The position numbers and the translations under genes are program-made. Positions 1 to 10,723 of a stretch of DNA of 64,000 nt are shown here, piece after piece. The DNA comes from Bacteroidota bacterium (GTDB taxonomy: Bacteria; Bacteroidota; Bacteroidia; Bacteroidales; GCA-2748055), in NCBI GenBank assembly GCA_039714655.1, contig JBDLIX010000006.1, positions 4,448-68,447 on the forward strand, given 5' to 3'. A model generated the notes under the pieces. That model searched no databases. It saw only the letters and a list, made by a program, of their open reading frames with translations, and was not told the origin of the DNA. Every line of letters begins with the position of its first letter. Position 1 is the stretch's first letter.

Positions 1-248
1 ATATTCTCTTCCTTGCCCAGCCTCTCAAAAATGCCCTGTACCACACAAAATTCCTCATCCCACCTCACGTTCTGACTGTCAACCGGATTCAGGTTGCTTT
101 TACAGAGTGAGAGGTAGTGCACTGCATCCAGGATGTTGGTCTTGCCAACACCATTCTCACCCACAAAACAGTTGATCTTTTCTGACAGGGGTATATCCAC
201 CTGTTCATAATTCTTAAAATTGACCAGAGAGAGCGATTTCAGATGCAT
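1..248 (-). CDS. recF: DNA replication/repair protein RecF, N-terminal part (runs off window edge)
   Basis: Manual translation from ATG at 248 gives MHLKSLSLVNFKNYEQVDIPLSEKINCFVGENGVGKTNILDAVHYLSLCKS, with Walker A GENGVGKTN. Not in the ORF track. Confidence 0.9.
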   Translation of the reverse strand, partial: MHLKSLSLVNFKNYEQVDIPLSEKINCFVGENGVGKTNILDAVHYLSLCKSNLNPVDSQNVRWDEEFCVVQGIFERLGKEEN

Positions 249-250
249 AC

Positions 251-269
251 ACAAAAATACTATTTTTGT
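251..269. promoter_or_regulatory. Back-to-back Bacteroidota -7 promoter elements (TATTTTTG on both strands)
   Basis: ACAAAAATA-C-TATTTTTGT is a perfect 9-bp inverted repeat between divergent recF and the amidohydrolase. Each arm contains TAnnTTTG. Confidence 0.6.
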
Positions 270-295
270 TTTTTGATCAAAAACATTAGCACCTT

Positions 296-1324
296 ATGAA
301 AAGAACTTCTCTGTTCCTTATTACAGGTTTCATTCTCCTTTCATACAAGGGATTTTCACAATTTATCACTAAATATCCTGAGATTCCGAGAATAGATGTA
401 CACACCCATGTATCTAACAACTATCCTGGCATCGTTAATTATCTGGAAATGCGCAATGCTCTGCTCACCGAGAATAAAATTGATCTGGCCATGTGGATCA
501 ATCTTGGTGGCGCAAAAGGAACAGAAACAGGTATTGATACAATTCACGAAGTAAGTAAAGGCAGAGTGATGACCTGCATCAGTGATTATTCCCCTCATAG
601 AGGATTGACCCGTAAGCCGGAAGAGATTAGCGGATATCTTAAAAAAGGTTTTGTGGGATACAAGATCTGGCATGGACCTGCTTCCAGAGTATTGGAGGAG
701 GGAGAAAAAGGAATTGAGTATATTGATAACCTGGCTCATGAACCTCTCTTCGATGCAATGGAAAAAGCAGGTATGGTAATGGCATCCGTACATATTGCCG
801 ATCCAAATGGCCCTTTTGGAGAGAGAGGTAAGTGGTGTGCAGATCCGGTTGAATTCTGGCGGTCAATAGTTGCTCTTGAACGTGTTCTGCAACGACATCC
901 CGATCTTGTAATAGTTGCTGCACATGGATCATGGCTCGTTTGTCAGGATGCCCAGATTGATTTTCTCAGGTATTTGCTAGAGACCTATCCGAATTTCCAT
1001 GTTGATCTTGCAGCAACTTTTCAGTATTATCATTCTGTTAACCAGGAAAACCTAAGAGATTTTTTTATGGAATATTCCGACAGGATATTGTATGGAACAG
1101 ATAATGGAATAATTAAGAAATCTGATATTCCCAATTTAGTCGATCGTTATATAAAAACATTCCAAATCCTGGAGACAGATGATCCTGTTAAAGGGGGCTT
1201 TTTTGGGAAGAGTATGACAACCGGACTTAATCTTCCCAAAGATGTACTTGAGAAAATCTATTTTAAAAATGCACAAAAAATATATCCGGGATTAAAGGAG
1301 AGGATGAGTAAGCTGGAAAATTAA
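296..1324 (+). CDS. Amidohydrolase family protein (Amidohydro_2-like), signal peptide
   Basis: IDVHTH metal-binding motif, VAAHG, RILYGTD, C-terminal KIYFKNA; hydrophobic N-terminus. Confidence 0.8.
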   Translation: MKRTSLFLITGFILLSYKGFSQFITKYPEIPRIDVHTHVSNNYPGIVNYLEMRNALLTENKIDLAMWINLGGAKGTETGIDTIHEVSKGRVMTCISDYSPHRGLTRKPEEISGYLKKGFVGYKIWHGPASRVLEEGEKGIEYIDNLAHEPLFDAMEKAGMVMASVHIADPNGPFGERGKWCADPVEFWRSIVALERVLQRHPDLVIVAAHGSWLVCQDAQIDFLRYLLETYPNFHVDLAATFQYYHSVNQENLRDFFMEYSDRILYGTDNGIIKKSDIPNLVDRYIKTFQILETDDPVKGGFFGKSMTTGLNLPKDVLEKIYFKNAQKIYPGLKERMSKLEN

Positions 1325-1428
1325 TCAAAATTGATATTCATCATAAATTTTGTAGCGCTGCAGCCGGCATGTTTGCAAAAAAGGATTACTTTTGCGGAAG
1401 TTTTTGAGAACCAACAAAAAACAGAGTA

Positions 1429-2124
1429 ATGTCGAAGAAAAAGAATGTGAAGCAAACGGACAAGAGTTTAGAAGGAATAGAACAAGCGTTAACACGTTCC
1501 GAACAATTCATAGAAGATAATCAGAAGTTACTTACATACATCCTTGGCGGACTCATTCTGGTGCTGCTGATCATTATTGGAGGAAACAGGTATTATTTGA
1601 AACCGCTCAATGAGAGAGCTGCGGCTGACATGTATTATGCAGAGCGTTTTTTCGAACTTGATTCATTTAATCTTGCGCTAAACGGATATGGAACCTATCC
1701 CGGATTCCTGAATGTAATCGATGATTATGGGATCACCAAATCTGCAAAAGTTGCCAGGTATTATGCTGGTGTATGTTATAACCAGTTGGGTGACCATGAA
1801 GCGGCCATTGACCTGCTTCAAAAATTTAAAACGGACGATCTGCTGGTTGGCGCAGCAAAATTCAGTACACTTGGGGATGCTTATGTGGAATTGGGTGAGC
1901 TTGAAAAAGCAGCAACCTCCTACCAAAGCGGTATTGATAAATATAAAAATAACTTCTCTTCTCCCATTATGTTGAAAAAACTGGGAATCGTTTATGAAGA
2001 GATGGGAGACCTGGAGCAAGCCCTGGAGGCCTACCAGGTCATTGAATCAAGCTATCCCGAAACCCCTGAAGGCAATGAAATCAGAAAATACATTGGACGG
2101 GTAGAATCTAAAATGGCTCTCTAA
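1429..2124 (+). CDS. Membrane-anchored tetratricopeptide repeat protein (YfgM-like)
   Basis: Single N-terminal TM helix followed by TPR helices; usual position upstream of ribH in Bacteroidota; TACTTTTG at 1387-1394. Confidence 0.8.
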   Translation: MSKKKNVKQTDKSLEGIEQALTRSEQFIEDNQKLLTYILGGLILVLLIIIGGNRYYLKPLNERAAADMYYAERFFELDSFNLALNGYGTYPGFLNVIDDYGITKSAKVARYYAGVCYNQLGDHEAAIDLLQKFKTDDLLVGAAKFSTLGDAYVELGELEKAATSYQSGIDKYKNNFSSPIMLKKLGIVYEEMGDLEQALEAYQVIESSYPETPEGNEIRKYIGRVESKMAL

Positions 2125-2128
2125 AACA

Positions 2129-2614
2129 ATGGCATCAAGTCTGAAGAACCTGTCGGACCACGACCCGGCAAAAATTCCTGACGGATCGTCCCTGAAGGTA
2201 GGTATTGTTGTTGCTGAGTGGAATGAAGAGATTACAGCTTCCCTGCTGGAAGGAGCACTGAACACCCTTGAGAAGCACGGTGTACTAAAAGAGAATATCC
2301 AGATTCGCAACGTACCGGGAAGTTTTGAGCTGCCCTACGGAGCCCGTATTGTAGCTGAGCAATTCTCACCAGGAGTAGTCATTTGCCTTGGATGTGTGAT
2401 CCAGGGAGAAACCAGACACTTCGATTTCATTTGTCAGGGAGTAACCAAGGGGATCACAGACCTGAACCTGGAATACGACATCCCCTTTATTTTCGGTGTT
2501 CTTACTACCGATAACCTGCAGCAAGCCAAGGATCGGTCCGGTGGCAGATATGGCAACAAAGGTGATGAAGCAGCTGTAACTGCACTGAAGATGGCCGCCC
2601 TCCGAACCGGTTAA
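2129..2614 (+). CDS. ribH: 6,7-dimethyl-8-ribityllumazine synthase
   Basis: VPGSFELP, GCVIQGETRHFD and GNKGDEAA motifs. Confidence 0.95.
   Translation: MASSLKNLSDHDPAKIPDGSSLKVGIVVAEWNEEITASLLEGALNTLEKHGVLKENIQIRNVPGSFELPYGARIVAEQFSPGVVICLGCVIQGETRHFDFICQGVTKGITDLNLEYDIPFIFGVLTTDNLQQAKDRSGGRYGNKGDEAAVTALKMAALRTG
2456..2609 (+). repeat. Direct repeat copy 1 (ribH 3' end, 154 bp)
   Basis: Aligns without gaps to 3856-4009 with 6 mismatches; offset exactly 1400 bp. Confidence 0.95.
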
Positions 2615-2676
2615 TCCACCTATTTTATTCTTCTGTTTTCGTCATTGGGATACCCTAATAGGGTTTATAGGAAATC

Positions 2677-3780
2677 TTAGCCTCCTCCCAGCATCTTGAT
2701 ATCCTTCCTGATGAACTCTTCCAGCTCTTTGGCTGTGGGCAACTGGACCTGGTATCGGCTTACAAACAAATGATTATCCAAAGAACCTGTGGCATATTTC
2801 ACCGTTGAAGAACTCTTGTCTGAACATAGCACGATTCCTACAGGAGGATGATCGCCGTCTGCTACTTCTTTGTTTCTGTAGTAGTTCAGATAGAAGTTCA
2901 TCTGACCTGCATCGGTATGCTTGAACTTTCGGTTTTTTAGATCAATGAGGATATGGCACCTCAGTATTCGGTGATAAAAAACCAGATCCACGTAGTAGTA
3001 CTCTCCCTCAATGGTCAGCCTCTTCTGTCTGGCCTCAAAGCAGAAGCCTTTACCAAGCTCCAGCAAGAATTCCTGTAAATGGCTGATAAGGGCCTCCTCC
3101 AGGTTGTTTTCAGCTGTTCTTTCTTTGGGTTGCAGTCCAACAAATTCGAACACGTACGGATCACGCATGATCCCTTTAGGTGTGGATGGCTCCGCTTTCT
3201 TGCTGGTATCCTGGATCAATCCCTTCTTATCTATGGACAGATCTGTCCGTTCATATAGTAAGCTACCCATTTGTCGCTGGAGCTCCTTAACGGACCAGCT
3301 ACCCTGGATTGCCTGGAGTTCATAAAAGGTTCTTTTCAGAGGATCTTCTTCTCTTGTCAACTCAATAATATGAGTGAAAGATAGTTTGGACAGTAAGATA
3401 CCGGGGTCAACACCCATAAAATCTTTATTTTTCTGCTCTTTTTGAGATTTGGCAGTCGACGACTGCCAAATTGAACCAGGTAAGGCATAGTTTGACAAAA
3501 CCTGGCTTATCTCTGGATATACAAGGTAGAACTGTCGGCAGTTTCTTAGGTTTCTGTCCGTGAATCCCTTGGGGTATTTGTTGCTTAATCTGTCTGCGAG
3601 GTTCTTCAATAATTCAGTTCCGTATTTTGCCCGGTCCACACCGTTTTGCTCATACTCCACGATATGATGACCAAACAGCCAGTTCCGGATGGTCAGGGAT
3701 CGGTTTACTACAGATACTGCAGTTTCCTGTAAATAATTATGGGCCTGCTCACAGGCCTGTGTTAACTGTTCGAAAATCAT
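2677..3780 (-). CDS. YhcG/DUF1016 family PD-(D/E)XK nuclease domain protein
   Basis: NWLFGHHIVEYEQNG.RAKYG N-terminus, RDPYVFEF, ELGKGFCFEARQKR, DLVFYHRILRC..LIDLK and GQMNFYLNY. Confidence 0.9.
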   Translation of the reverse strand: MIFEQLTQACEQAHNYLQETAVSVVNRSLTIRNWLFGHHIVEYEQNGVDRAKYGTELLKNLADRLSNKYPKGFTDRNLRNCRQFYLVYPEISQVLSNYALPGSIWQSSTAKSQKEQKNKDFMGVDPGILLSKLSFTHIIELTREEDPLKRTFYELQAIQGSWSVKELQRQMGSLLYERTDLSIDKKGLIQDTSKKAEPSTPKGIMRDPYVFEFVGLQPKERTAENNLEEALISHLQEFLLELGKGFCFEARQKRLTIEGEYYYVDLVFYHRILRCHILIDLKNRKFKHTDAGQMNFYLNYYRNKEVADGDHPPVGIVLCSDKSSSTVKYATGSLDNHLFVSRYQVQLPTAKELEEFIRKDIKMLGGG

Positions 3781-3855
3781 TTTTAGGGTTAATGTGCTTA
3801 AAGCTTACCTGATCGTTGCCCTGATGTAGATTGTTTCAGAACAAGCATACCCCAT

Positions 3856-4009
3856 ACAGACCTGAACCTGGATTACGACATCCCCTTTATTTTCGGTGTT
3901 CTTACAACCGATAACCTGCAGCAAGCCAAGGATCGTGCTGGTGGCAGGTATGGCAACAAAGGTGATGAAGCAGCTGTAACTGCACTGAAGATGGCCGCCC
4001 TCCGAACCG
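3856..4009 (+). pseudogene. Orphan second copy of the ribH 3' end (direct repeat copy 2)
   Basis: Encodes [51 protein letters not shown] with no upstream ribH 5' part. Confidence 0.85.
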
Positions 4010-4028
4010 TGAAAACATTAGGCGGGAT

Positions 4029-5912
4029 TTACCTGCTCTTTTTTGCCGGAAGTGGCTTACCACCCGCCTTCTGTTGTTTCTGCAGCTCTTCCAGTCGTTG
4101 GGCAAACCGGGATTTCTTCCTAGGTTTATTCTTTTTGGCATTGATCTTTTTCATGATCTTCTCCTCATCAATGAACTTCTTGAAGATAAGGTTCTGTCCG
4201 AGGGTTATCACGTTGGCCAGGAAATAGTAGTAGGTTAATCCTGCTGAGAAGTTATTGAGAATAACCATAAACATGACCGGCATGATGTACATCATGGTCT
4301 TCATGCCCGGCATCTGGCTACTGCCTGCGGATGCCTGGTTGTTATACTTCATGGAGAGCATGGTGGTCACTGTCATCAACAGTGTAAAGAGACTCACATG
4401 GTCGCCATACATGGGAATTTCAAAGGGCAGGGTGAGGATTGAATCGTATGTGGAAAGGTCATGGGCCCACAGGAATCCTTGCTGACGCAGTTCGATGGAG
4501 GTGGGAAAGAACCTGAACATGGCATAGAGGATCGGGAACTGTAACACCATGGGCAAGCACCCTCCCATGGGATTCGCACCGGCTTTCTTATAAAGGTCCA
4601 TGGTGGCCTGCTGCTTTTTCATGGCATCCTCTTTTTTGGGATACTTTTCACCAATCTCATCCACCTGGGGTTTCAGCAAACGCATGACCGCCTGAGATTT
4701 GAATGACTTGTAAGTCAGAGGGAACAGCGCCGTTTTTATGATCAGAGTCAATAAAAGGATGATGATTCCAAAATTATCGAACCAGTTGTTGAGCCAATTA
4801 AAAATAGGAATGACAACGAATGCATTGATCCAGCGAATCATGGAGCCACCCACAGTTACTACATTTTCCAGTCCGTAATCTCCATAACCCTTCAATGAAG
4901 TAAAGTTATTTGGACCGAAATAGAGCTGCATTCCGATGTTCTGTTCGTTGGTACGGTTATATGGTACATCAATTGTAGAAGTATAATGCCTTATGTATTT
5001 TCCGGGGTCATTAAATCGTTGCTGGGCAATGTATGCACCTTCAAAATACTCATCTGCTATAATAATTGCAGAAAAGAACTGATGACTAAATGCGATCCAT
5101 TTGATCCGGGTAGTTTCAGTAGCATCCTCAATCTCCTTTTTTGACCTGGATTTAAAGCTCTCTATATCCCCACCATGGTATTTATAGAAGAGGCTGGTGT
5201 ACATTGCTTCATTCTGATAACCTTTCTCCTGTGACGGAAAATAGAAGTCCACATTGAATTCCATCTGGTCCGTTCGATACTGTTCCAGTCCTTTTAGCTG
5301 CATATCAAAATCAAGCATATAATCATCGTCATACAGGTTATAGACGTATGCGATGGAAGCTGATTCTGAGATCACCAATTTCATGATAAGCTGCTGAAAT
5401 GAGCGCCCTTCATCATTGGTCAGGGTCTTGACTTCAGGAGAGAAGTAGAGCTCGCCTGTATTGATCCTTCTGTTGTCGGCAAAAAACTGTAGCGCAAATA
5501 TGGTAGAATCTCCATCGAGCAGGTACACTGGCAGTGAATCGTGGGTCTGGTAATCTTTCAGTTGTACAGTATAAGGCCGCCCCCCAAGGGTGGAAAAAGT
5601 CAGCTTCAATTGCTCATTTTCAAGGATTACTTCCTCCTTTGTTCCTACAGCACCTGTCACAAAATCACCCAATTGTTCAGACATGTGTTCAAGGGATACC
5701 GAATCTTGTTCAGTTTCAGTACTACTTACTGAGGATTGCTGTTCAGTCCTTTGTTGTGCTGATTCCAGCGCCCGGATCTGTTCTACACGTGCAATTGAAT
5801 CAAGCCTGCTTCGCTCTTCCATCTGCGCCTCACGGGCTGGTTTTGTGAAGATGCTATATCCTACAAGGATGAGTCCGATCAATGCCAGGCCTATGATTGT
5901 ATTTCTGTCCAT
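4029..5912 (-). CDS. yidC: Membrane protein insertase YidC
   Basis: [13 protein letters not shown] and [10 protein letters not shown] motifs. Start moved to ATG 5912 (MDRNTIIG) because the track's GTG at 5936 overlaps the promoter element TACTTTTG (5936-5943). Confidence 0.93.
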   Translation of the reverse strand: MDRNTIIGLALIGLILVGYSIFTKPAREAQMEERSRLDSIARVEQIRALESAQQRTEQQSSVSSTETEQDSVSLEHMSEQLGDFVTGAVGTKEEVILENEQLKLTFSTLGGRPYTVQLKDYQTHDSLPVYLLDGDSTIFALQFFADNRRINTGELYFSPEVKTLTNDEGRSFQQLIMKLVISESASIAYVYNLYDDDYMLDFDMQLKGLEQYRTDQMEFNVDFYFPSQEKGYQNEAMYTSLFYKYHGGDIESFKSRSKKEIEDATETTRIKWIAFSHQFFSAIIIADEYFEGAYIAQQRFNDPGKYIRHYTSTIDVPYNRTNEQNIGMQLYFGPNNFTSLKGYGDYGLENVVTVGGSMIRWINAFVVIPIFNWLNNWFDNFGIIILLLTLIIKTALFPLTYKSFKSQAVMRLLKPQVDEIGEKYPKKEDAMKKQQATMDLYKKAGANPMGGCLPMVLQFPILYAMFRFFPTSIELRQQGFLWAHDLSTYDSILTLPFEIPMYGDHVSLFTLLMTVTTMLSMKYNNQASAGSSQMPGMKTMMYIMPVMFMVILNNFSAGLTYYYFLANVITLGQNLIFKKFIDEEKIMKKINAKKNKPRKKSRFAQRLEELQKQQKAGGKPLPAKKSR

Positions 5913-6031
5913 ATCGAGGTCATTAAATTCAGGCACAAAAGTAATGGTTTAGCCTGTATATCAATATAAATTCAGGTAAAATCGATGAGATTTCGGTGAA
6001 TTGTTGCTGAGAGCCTTTAACTGATTAAATA

Positions 6032-7648
<1,617 letters not shown>

Positions 7649-7671
7649 TTAAATTCGCGTAAAAGTAGAAA

Positions 7672-9921
7672 TTAATTTGCATTTTCCATATCATCCAGGA
7701 TGCGGATCTTTCGTTCCAGCACCCTGATTCGCTCATGTGCGGCTTCTATCTTTTCATGAAATCCCTGAATGGTTTCTTCGGAACTGTCCGATTGCTTAAA
7801 AAAGCCGATGTTGTTTTCCCACACCCCTATATCATTTTTCAACTGTTGTAGTCTGTTAGCCAGTTTGTCCCTTTCAAAATTAAGCTTCATTTCGGCCCGG
7901 GGAGCATTCATCATCCCTTTGGCGCGGTTGCGGAATTTATAGATACTCCTGTCCGACTCATTCATTCCTATGCGCTCCAGTAACCTGTCCTGTGCAAGTC
8001 TGAACTGCTCCTTAATCCAGTCCTTCTTACCCGACGGCACATACCCAATTGAATTGAACTTTGACTGGAAATCATCCAACGCCACCAGGTTCTGCTTTCG
8101 CTCATCAGCCGGGATAAATGCATCCATATCTGCAATAAGGGTCTCTTTTGCTTTCAGGTTATTTTCAAATGTGGAATCGATATCTTCGAAATATTTTGAC
8201 TTGTTGTTGAAGAAGCTATCACATGCAGCCCGGAAACGCTTCCATAGTTTATCGGAATCCCTCCGTGGAACAGGCCCGATCTCTTTCCATTGTTTTTGGA
8301 GACGTATTAATTCGGTGGTAGTCTCTTTCCAATCCTCACTGGAGGTGAGTGACTCAGCTCTTTCGGTAATCTCCAGCTTCAGTTTTAGATTCTCTTTCTG
8401 CTCCTCATATGCTGAGGCATAGAACCTGGCTTTATTCCCAAAAAAGGTATCGCATGCCTTCCGAAACCTGGCATAAATGGTATTGTTGTCTTTCTTAGGA
8501 GCATAACCAATGGTCTTCCAGCTTTTCTGGATCTCCAATACCACATTTGTCTTATCCACCCATGCTCCATGAGTCTCGTACACAGTAGCAGCTATCTCCT
8601 CAACCTTGATACACAATTCTGTTTTCTTATCCAGATTTTCATGAAGCGATTCCTTCAGCCTGGAATGATACTCCTGATGTTTCTTATTGATCACCGATGT
8701 GGCCAATTTGAACCGGTCCCAGACCTCATCGCGGTTCTCCCGGGGAACCGGCCCTATCTCCCTCCACCTGGTATGATGCTTCTGCAAAGATTTGAAAGCC
8801 TGAACAATATTGGGTTCCTTGTCCAACTCTTCTGTACGTTCACATAGCTGGGCCTTCAGTTCCAGGTTTTTCTTCAGGTCCAGGGCCCGAAGGTCCCTGT
8901 TAATCCGTACATAGTCGTTGAATTTATCTACGAAATAGTTATAAGAATCCCAGAGGTCCGTCAAATTCTGTTGGGGGACAATGCCGGCGGAGAACCATTT
9001 CTTCTGAAGATCTTTGAATTTTCTAAATGTAACCTCAAAGGATTGTTGTCCTTCCATGAGGATCCGAAACTGCTCCAGTATCTCCTGCTTTTTCAACAGG
9101 TTTTCCTGCTTGGTTTTTTCCAGCTGTCTGGTAAACTCTGCTTTGAGACCTCTGTATTTGTTCAGCAATTCTTTCATGTCCGCTTCAGTTGGATCTTCAG
9201 CAGGCTTGAAATCCTCCAGTTCACCTCCCTCTTCTAAGAAATGTTTCTTTTTCTCTTCCAGGGTAGCATTAATCTTGTCGTAAAACGATTGCTTAATCTC
9301 CTCCACATCTTTGCGGATATTCCCTTTTCCCGAATTGTCCAGTTTTTCCCGCAACAGTTTTACCAGGTCCTCCTTACTGAGTAAACTGACATTGATACGC
9401 TCCTCTTTCTTGACTTCAGGTTTGGATTGGACTACAGGTTCGGGTTGGGTCTCTTGTTCAGGTTGGGACTCTGGTTCGGGTTGGGACTCTTGCTCAGATT
9501 GGGACTCTGGTTCAGGTTGGGACTCTGGTTCAGGTTGGGACTCTGGTTCAGGCTGGGACTCTGGTTCAGGCTGGGACTCTGGTTCGGGTTGGGACTCTTG
9601 TTCGGGCTGGGACTCTTGCTCAGATTGGGACTCTTGCTCAGATTGGGCAGTGGGTTCATCCTCTGAATGTTCGTGATCCACATGATCCACTTCATCGTCG
9701 TAGGAATCGTTCTTAGACTGCTCCTCGTGGTCTTCGATTAATGGATCACCATCTGTATTATTAGATAGTACGGGCTCAGGAGATTTCAGCTCTTTCTCCT
9801 GTGTGGTTTGGTCTGTTTTGTTCTCTTTCTCCTCCTTTAACAGTTCTGATTTCTCTGGTTCTGGCTGCTGTTCGTTAAGTTTATTTTCATTCAGAGGATC
9901 AATTGCATCACTATTTTTCAT
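7672..9921 (-). CDS. DUF349 domain protein with acidic low-complexity N-terminus
   Basis: Repeated W..IGPVP...W.RF..A...F helical units. Confidence 0.85.
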   Translation of the reverse strand: MKNSDAIDPLNENKLNEQQPEPEKSELLKEEKENKTDQTTQEKELKSPEPVLSNNTDGDPLIEDHEEQSKNDSYDDEVDHVDHEHSEDEPTAQSEQESQSEQESQPEQESQPEPESQPEPESQPEPESQPEPESQPEPESQSEQESQPEPESQPEQETQPEPVVQSKPEVKKEERINVSLLSKEDLVKLLREKLDNSGKGNIRKDVEEIKQSFYDKINATLEEKKKHFLEEGGELEDFKPAEDPTEADMKELLNKYRGLKAEFTRQLEKTKQENLLKKQEILEQFRILMEGQQSFEVTFRKFKDLQKKWFSAGIVPQQNLTDLWDSYNYFVDKFNDYVRINRDLRALDLKKNLELKAQLCERTEELDKEPNIVQAFKSLQKHHTRWREIGPVPRENRDEVWDRFKLATSVINKKHQEYHSRLKESLHENLDKKTELCIKVEEIAATVYETHGAWVDKTNVVLEIQKSWKTIGYAPKKDNNTIYARFRKACDTFFGNKARFYASAYEEQKENLKLKLEITERAESLTSSEDWKETTTELIRLQKQWKEIGPVPRRDSDKLWKRFRAACDSFFNNKSKYFEDIDSTFENNLKAKETLIADMDAFIPADERKQNLVALDDFQSKFNSIGYVPSGKKDWIKEQFRLAQDRLLERIGMNESDRSIYKFRNRAKGMMNAPRAEMKLNFERDKLANRLQQLKNDIGVWENNIGFFKQSDSSEETIQGFHEKIEAAHERIRVLERKIRILDDMENAN
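9436..9647 (-). repeat. 18-bp coding tandem repeat, ~11.5 copies (ESQPEP/ESQSEQ)
   Basis: Plus-strand unit such as GGGACTCTGGTTCAGGTT repeats in tandem; 11 hexapeptide units plus a partial unit in the protein. Confidence 0.95.
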
Positions 9922-10035
9922 GGCAGGTAGAGGGTTAATGCACGCGCTATATTAGACAAATTAGACATTTTTCCTGTAAATAAGGGCTTTTTAGCTGAAA
10001 ATCTAATTCTTATCTTTGCGGAAAATCACCTCATC

Positions 10036-10722
10036 ATGCGCATTGACATCATTACGGTATTACCGAAATTGTTAGCAGGCCCCATCGATCATTCCATCAT
10101 TAAACGGGCGAGAGAAAAGGGTCTGGTGGAGATTCATCTGCACGATTTGCGGGATTTCTCGCTGGACAAACACAGGAAGGTGGATGATTATGCATTTGGT
10201 GGTGATGCCGGAATGGTGATGAGCATTGAGCCCATTTACAGAGCTATCAGCCATTTGACCTCCAAGAGGAATTACGACGAGATCATTTACACCTCTCCCG
10301 ATGGCAAGATGTTTAACCAGCAAGAAGCCAACCGCCTTGCCCTGGTGGAGAATATCATCATCCTTTGTGGTCACTACAAAGGGGTAGACCAGCGAGTACG
10401 GGATCAGTTGATCACCTCTGAGATCTCCATTGGAGATTATGTGATGACCGGTGGTGAACTTGCAGCTGCAGTAATTACCGACAGTGTGATACGGCTTTTG
10501 CCAGGTGCCATCTCAGATGAAACTTCGGCCCTGAGCGACTCTTTCCAGGATGGATTGTTAGCCCCGCCCGTCTATACACGTCCTTCTGAATATAAGGGAT
10601 GGAAAGTGCCTGACATATTGCTGTCGGGACACGCTTCCAAAATAACCGAATGGAAACATGAAAAATCCCTGGAACGGACCCGTAAACTGCGCCCACATCT
10701 GCTGGACGGATTTGAGGATTAA
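10036..10722 (+). CDS. trmD: tRNA (guanine37-N1)-methyltransferase
   Basis: [25 protein letters not shown] and [11 protein letters not shown] motifs; TATCTTTG at 10011-10018. Confidence 0.96.
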   Translation: MRIDIITVLPKLLAGPIDHSIIKRAREKGLVEIHLHDLRDFSLDKHRKVDDYAFGGDAGMVMSIEPIYRAISHLTSKRNYDEIIYTSPDGKMFNQQEANRLALVENIIILCGHYKGVDQRVRDQLITSEISIGDYVMTGGELAAAVITDSVIRLLPGAISDETSALSDSFQDGLLAPPVYTRPSEYKGWKVPDILLSGHASKITEWKHEKSLERTRKLRPHLLDGFED

Positions 10723-10723
10723 C

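Noticed and set aside
2456-4009. ribH repeat pair as a diversity-generating retroelement TR/VR
   Set aside because: Mismatches are not adenine-specific (A/T, T/A, G/T, T/G, C/T, A/G) and no reverse transcriptase is in the window.
3902-4227. Short ORFs 3902-4141 (-) and 3991-4227 (+)
   Set aside because: They are shadows of the ribH fragment and the yidC 3' end, with no independent coding signal.
9311-9695. Repeat array as CRISPR, and alternative-frame ORFs (GWDSGS, FRLGLW, NQSPNL repeats)
   Set aside because: Units are contiguous with no unique spacers and no cas genes are present; the ORFs arise from the stop-free 18-bp repeat.
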